Below, piece after piece: positions 62,035-64,000 of a stretch of DNA of 64,000 bases. The first letter of the stretch is position 1. Every line of letters begins with the position of its first letter. The stretch comes from Clostridia bacterium (GTDB lineage Bacteria; Bacillota; Clostridia; Oscillospirales; CAG-272): positions 6,115-70,114 of the forward strand of contig JAFWPR010000004.1 of NCBI GenBank assembly GCA_017545225.1, read 5' to 3'. The notes under the pieces were generated by a model that was not told the DNA's origin, made no database searches, and was given only the letters and a program-made list of their open reading frames with translations. A program made the translations under genes and the position numbers.

Positions 62035-63930
62035 CTACTCAAGTCTGCCGAACTGGCGGTCGATCGACGAGCGCTTTATCTCAAACGCCACCGGTCTGCC
62101 GTGCGGGCACGTACGAATGACCGAGCCGCCCGGGTTCTTGACGAACAGTCTGTCGCAGATCCATTTTATGTGTTCGACGCCGTATTTTCTGCCGCCCTTT
62201 ATCGCCGCCTTGCACGCGGACTGGAAGAGGCGCGACTCGAAGAACTCGGCGTATGCGGAATCGATCGACGTCGTCGTGTCGGAGAGCTTTGCAATCAGCG
62301 TCGAGAACAGCTCCCGCGCTTCCGCGGAGTCGAGCTGCTCGGGGATCGCCGTGACCTTGACGGCCGTGCGGTTGCCCTCGTCCTTCGCCGTGAACTCGAA
62401 GCCGAGCGAGCGGACGTCGTTTTCATACTCGCGGAGCGTCTCGCCCTCCCAGGCGGGTACGTCGAGGATGATCGGCGTCATGAGAAGCTGCGCGTTCTTT
62501 TCCGCTTTCCGCGCGTTGCGGCAAAGCTCGTCGAAGATTATCCGCTCGTGGGCGGCGTGCTTGTCGACGAAAGTGATCCTGTCCTCGAACTGGACGATGA
62601 CGTAACAGTTGTACGCCTCTCCGAGGATGATGTATTCGGGCGGATCGATCGGGCCCGGGTCCGTTATCGCCGAGCGGCCTTCGCCGCCGTCTTCGGTGAC
62701 GGCGGGCGCCGGCGCGGGCGCCTCCTTTTTCGCGGGCGGCGGGGAGTCGTATATCTTTACCTGTTCGGTCTTCGTTCTGTGCGTGTCGGCGGGAACGAAC
62801 GCGTTGAGAAGGCGGCGCGCCTCATCGCCGTCGATCCAGAAATCGTCCTTTTTTTCTTTTTTCGGCTGGAATTCGGCGGGCTCGCTCCCCTCGCAGGGGA
62901 TATCCGCGCCGGTACCCGCGAATTTGAGTTCCGGCCTCACCGTCTCGGACTGAAGCGCGCTCAGTACGGCGTAGTAGACCGAGTCGAAGATGACTTTTTC
63001 GTCGGAGAATTTGACCTCGAGCTTCGCCGGGTGGACGTTCACGTCGACGGCGGCGAGATTGAGATCCACGTTCAGGACGCAGACGGGGAACTTCTCCGCC
63101 GGGATCCGCGAGCGGTACGCCTGCTCGACCGCTGCCATTATCGTGCGGCTCTTGACCAGGCGGCCGTTGACGAAGAAGACCTCCATATTCCTGTTCGATT
63201 TGTAAAGGTCGGGCTCGGAGATGAAACCGGTGACGGTAACGCCTCCGTCCGTTCGGTCGACTCTTATCGAGCGGTTCGCGCACTCCCTGCCGAAGACGGA
63301 ATAGACCGCTTCCTTCAGGTCGCCGCTTCCGGTCGTTACGAATTTGACTTCTCCGTCAGAGATGTATTTGATCTCGACGTCGGGGCGCGAGAGGGCGATC
63401 CTCTCGACGACGGCGCTGACCGCCGCGGCTTCCGTCGCGTCTCTTTTCAGGAATTTGCGCCGCGCGGGGACCGAGTAGAAGAGATCCTCGACGACGACGG
63501 TCGTTCCCGTCGCGCATCCCACCTCGCTGACCGAGGTGACGCGGCCCGCCTCGCATTCGAGGAGCGTTCCCATCTCGTTTGCGGCGGGTTTCGAGAAGAT
63601 CCTCATTTTCGACACGGACGCGATAGCCGCGAGCGCCTCGCCGCGAAAGCCGAGCGTGCCGATCTCGGACAGATCCCTCGCCGTTTTTATCTTGCTCGTC
63701 GCGTGGCGGAGGATCGCCACGGGGAGATCGTCCGGCTCCATACCGCACCCGTTGTCGGTGACGCGGATCAGAGTGACGCCGCCGTTCTGTATTTCGGCTG
63801 TGACGGAGGTCGCCCCCGCGTCGATCGAGTTTTCGAGCAGTTCCTTGACGACGGACGCGGGTCTGTCGACGACCTCGCCCGCGGCTATCAGGTTGGCGAC
63901 GTCAAAACCGAGTACGTTTATCTTTCCCAC
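62035..63930 (-). CDS. mutL: DNA mismatch repair protein MutL
   Basis: GTG start. GHKL ATPase N-terminus (IAAGEVVDRPASVVKELLENSIDAGA, DNGCGM, GFRGEAL) and a C-terminal dimerisation/endonuclease domain (DKHAAHERI). Confidence 0.95.
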   Translation of the reverse strand: MGKINVLGFDVANLIAAGEVVDRPASVVKELLENSIDAGATSVTAEIQNGGVTLIRVTDNGCGMEPDDLPVAILRHATSKIKTARDLSEIGTLGFRGEALAAIASVSKMRIFSKPAANEMGTLLECEAGRVTSVSEVGCATGTTVVVEDLFYSVPARRKFLKRDATEAAAVSAVVERIALSRPDVEIKYISDGEVKFVTTGSGDLKEAVYSVFGRECANRSIRVDRTDGGVTVTGFISEPDLYKSNRNMEVFFVNGRLVKSRTIMAAVEQAYRSRIPAEKFPVCVLNVDLNLAAVDVNVHPAKLEVKFSDEKVIFDSVYYAVLSALQSETVRPELKFAGTGADIPCEGSEPAEFQPKKEKKDDFWIDGDEARRLLNAFVPADTHRTKTEQVKIYDSPPPAKKEAPAPAPAVTEDGGEGRSAITDPGPIDPPEYIILGEAYNCYVIVQFEDRITFVDKHAAHERIIFDELCRNARKAEKNAQLLMTPIILDVPAWEGETLREYENDVRSLGFEFTAKDEGNRTAVKVTAIPEQLDSAEARELFSTLIAKLSDTTTSIDSAYAEFFESRLFQSACKAAIKGGRKYGVEHIKWICDRLFVKNPGGSVIRTCPHGRPVAFEIKRSSIDRQFGRLE

Positions 63931-63962
63931 GGTGGGACCTCCTTTCTTTTTTCGTTATCGGA

Positions 63963-64000
63963 TCAGTCGACGAGCTTTTTCCACTCGAAGATCAGGTTCA
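63963..64000 (-). CDS. 3' end of an upstream gene (possibly mutS), truncated by the window edge
   Basis: Minus-strand reading ...NLIFEWKKLVD* ends 30 nt before the mutL RBS. The mutS assignment is inferred only from the usual mutS-mutL order. Confidence 0.3.
   Translation of the reverse strand, partial: NLIFEWKKLVD

Overview
High-GC (about 60% by eye, not computed) Clostridia-type chromosomal segment. SLH-anchored surface proteins, an ECF FolT, HprK, a T-box and a THF riboswitch suggest an Oscillospiraceae/Ruminococcaceae-like anaerobe, but that is a guess. Most of the window is core housekeeping: a peptide ABC binding protein, folT-folC, hprK plus a sugar cluster, tadA, zapA, dut-maf-mreBCD-mnmG-rsmG, pheST, a three-gene glycerol-3-phosphate dehydrogenase cluster, an MMPL exporter, mscL, yceD-rpmF, and a long minus-strand operon of mutL, tgt and lipoate genes. 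I saw two tRNAs (Ser-GCT, Arg-ACG) and no rRNA, CRISPR array, integrase or transposase. Many long ORFs in the supplied track are Arg/Gly/Ala/Pro-rich antisense shadows of real genes, and I rejected them. Observations worth a second look: (1) Two ~227-nt structured-RNA-like units in tandem lie between tRNA-Ser and a GNAT gene. Their stems differ in sequence but still pair, and each unit has its own terminator. I cannot assign them to a known class. (2) Each tRNA is followed by an inverted copy of its own T-arm. (3) Two AT-rich single-gene insertions (a TPR protein next to tRNA-Arg, and an XRE-TPR regulator) are bordered by GC-rich hairpin elements headed by GTAG or TGAAT, which resemble REP elements. 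One of these elements shows a compensatory stem swap between copies. (4) A compact array of four different GC palindromes is separated by a constant TGAATTG heptamer. (5) A lipoate operon carries two LplA paralogs, LipA and a stand-alone 80-aa lipoyl domain. All functional calls rest on recognising motifs in the translations and were not checked against any database.
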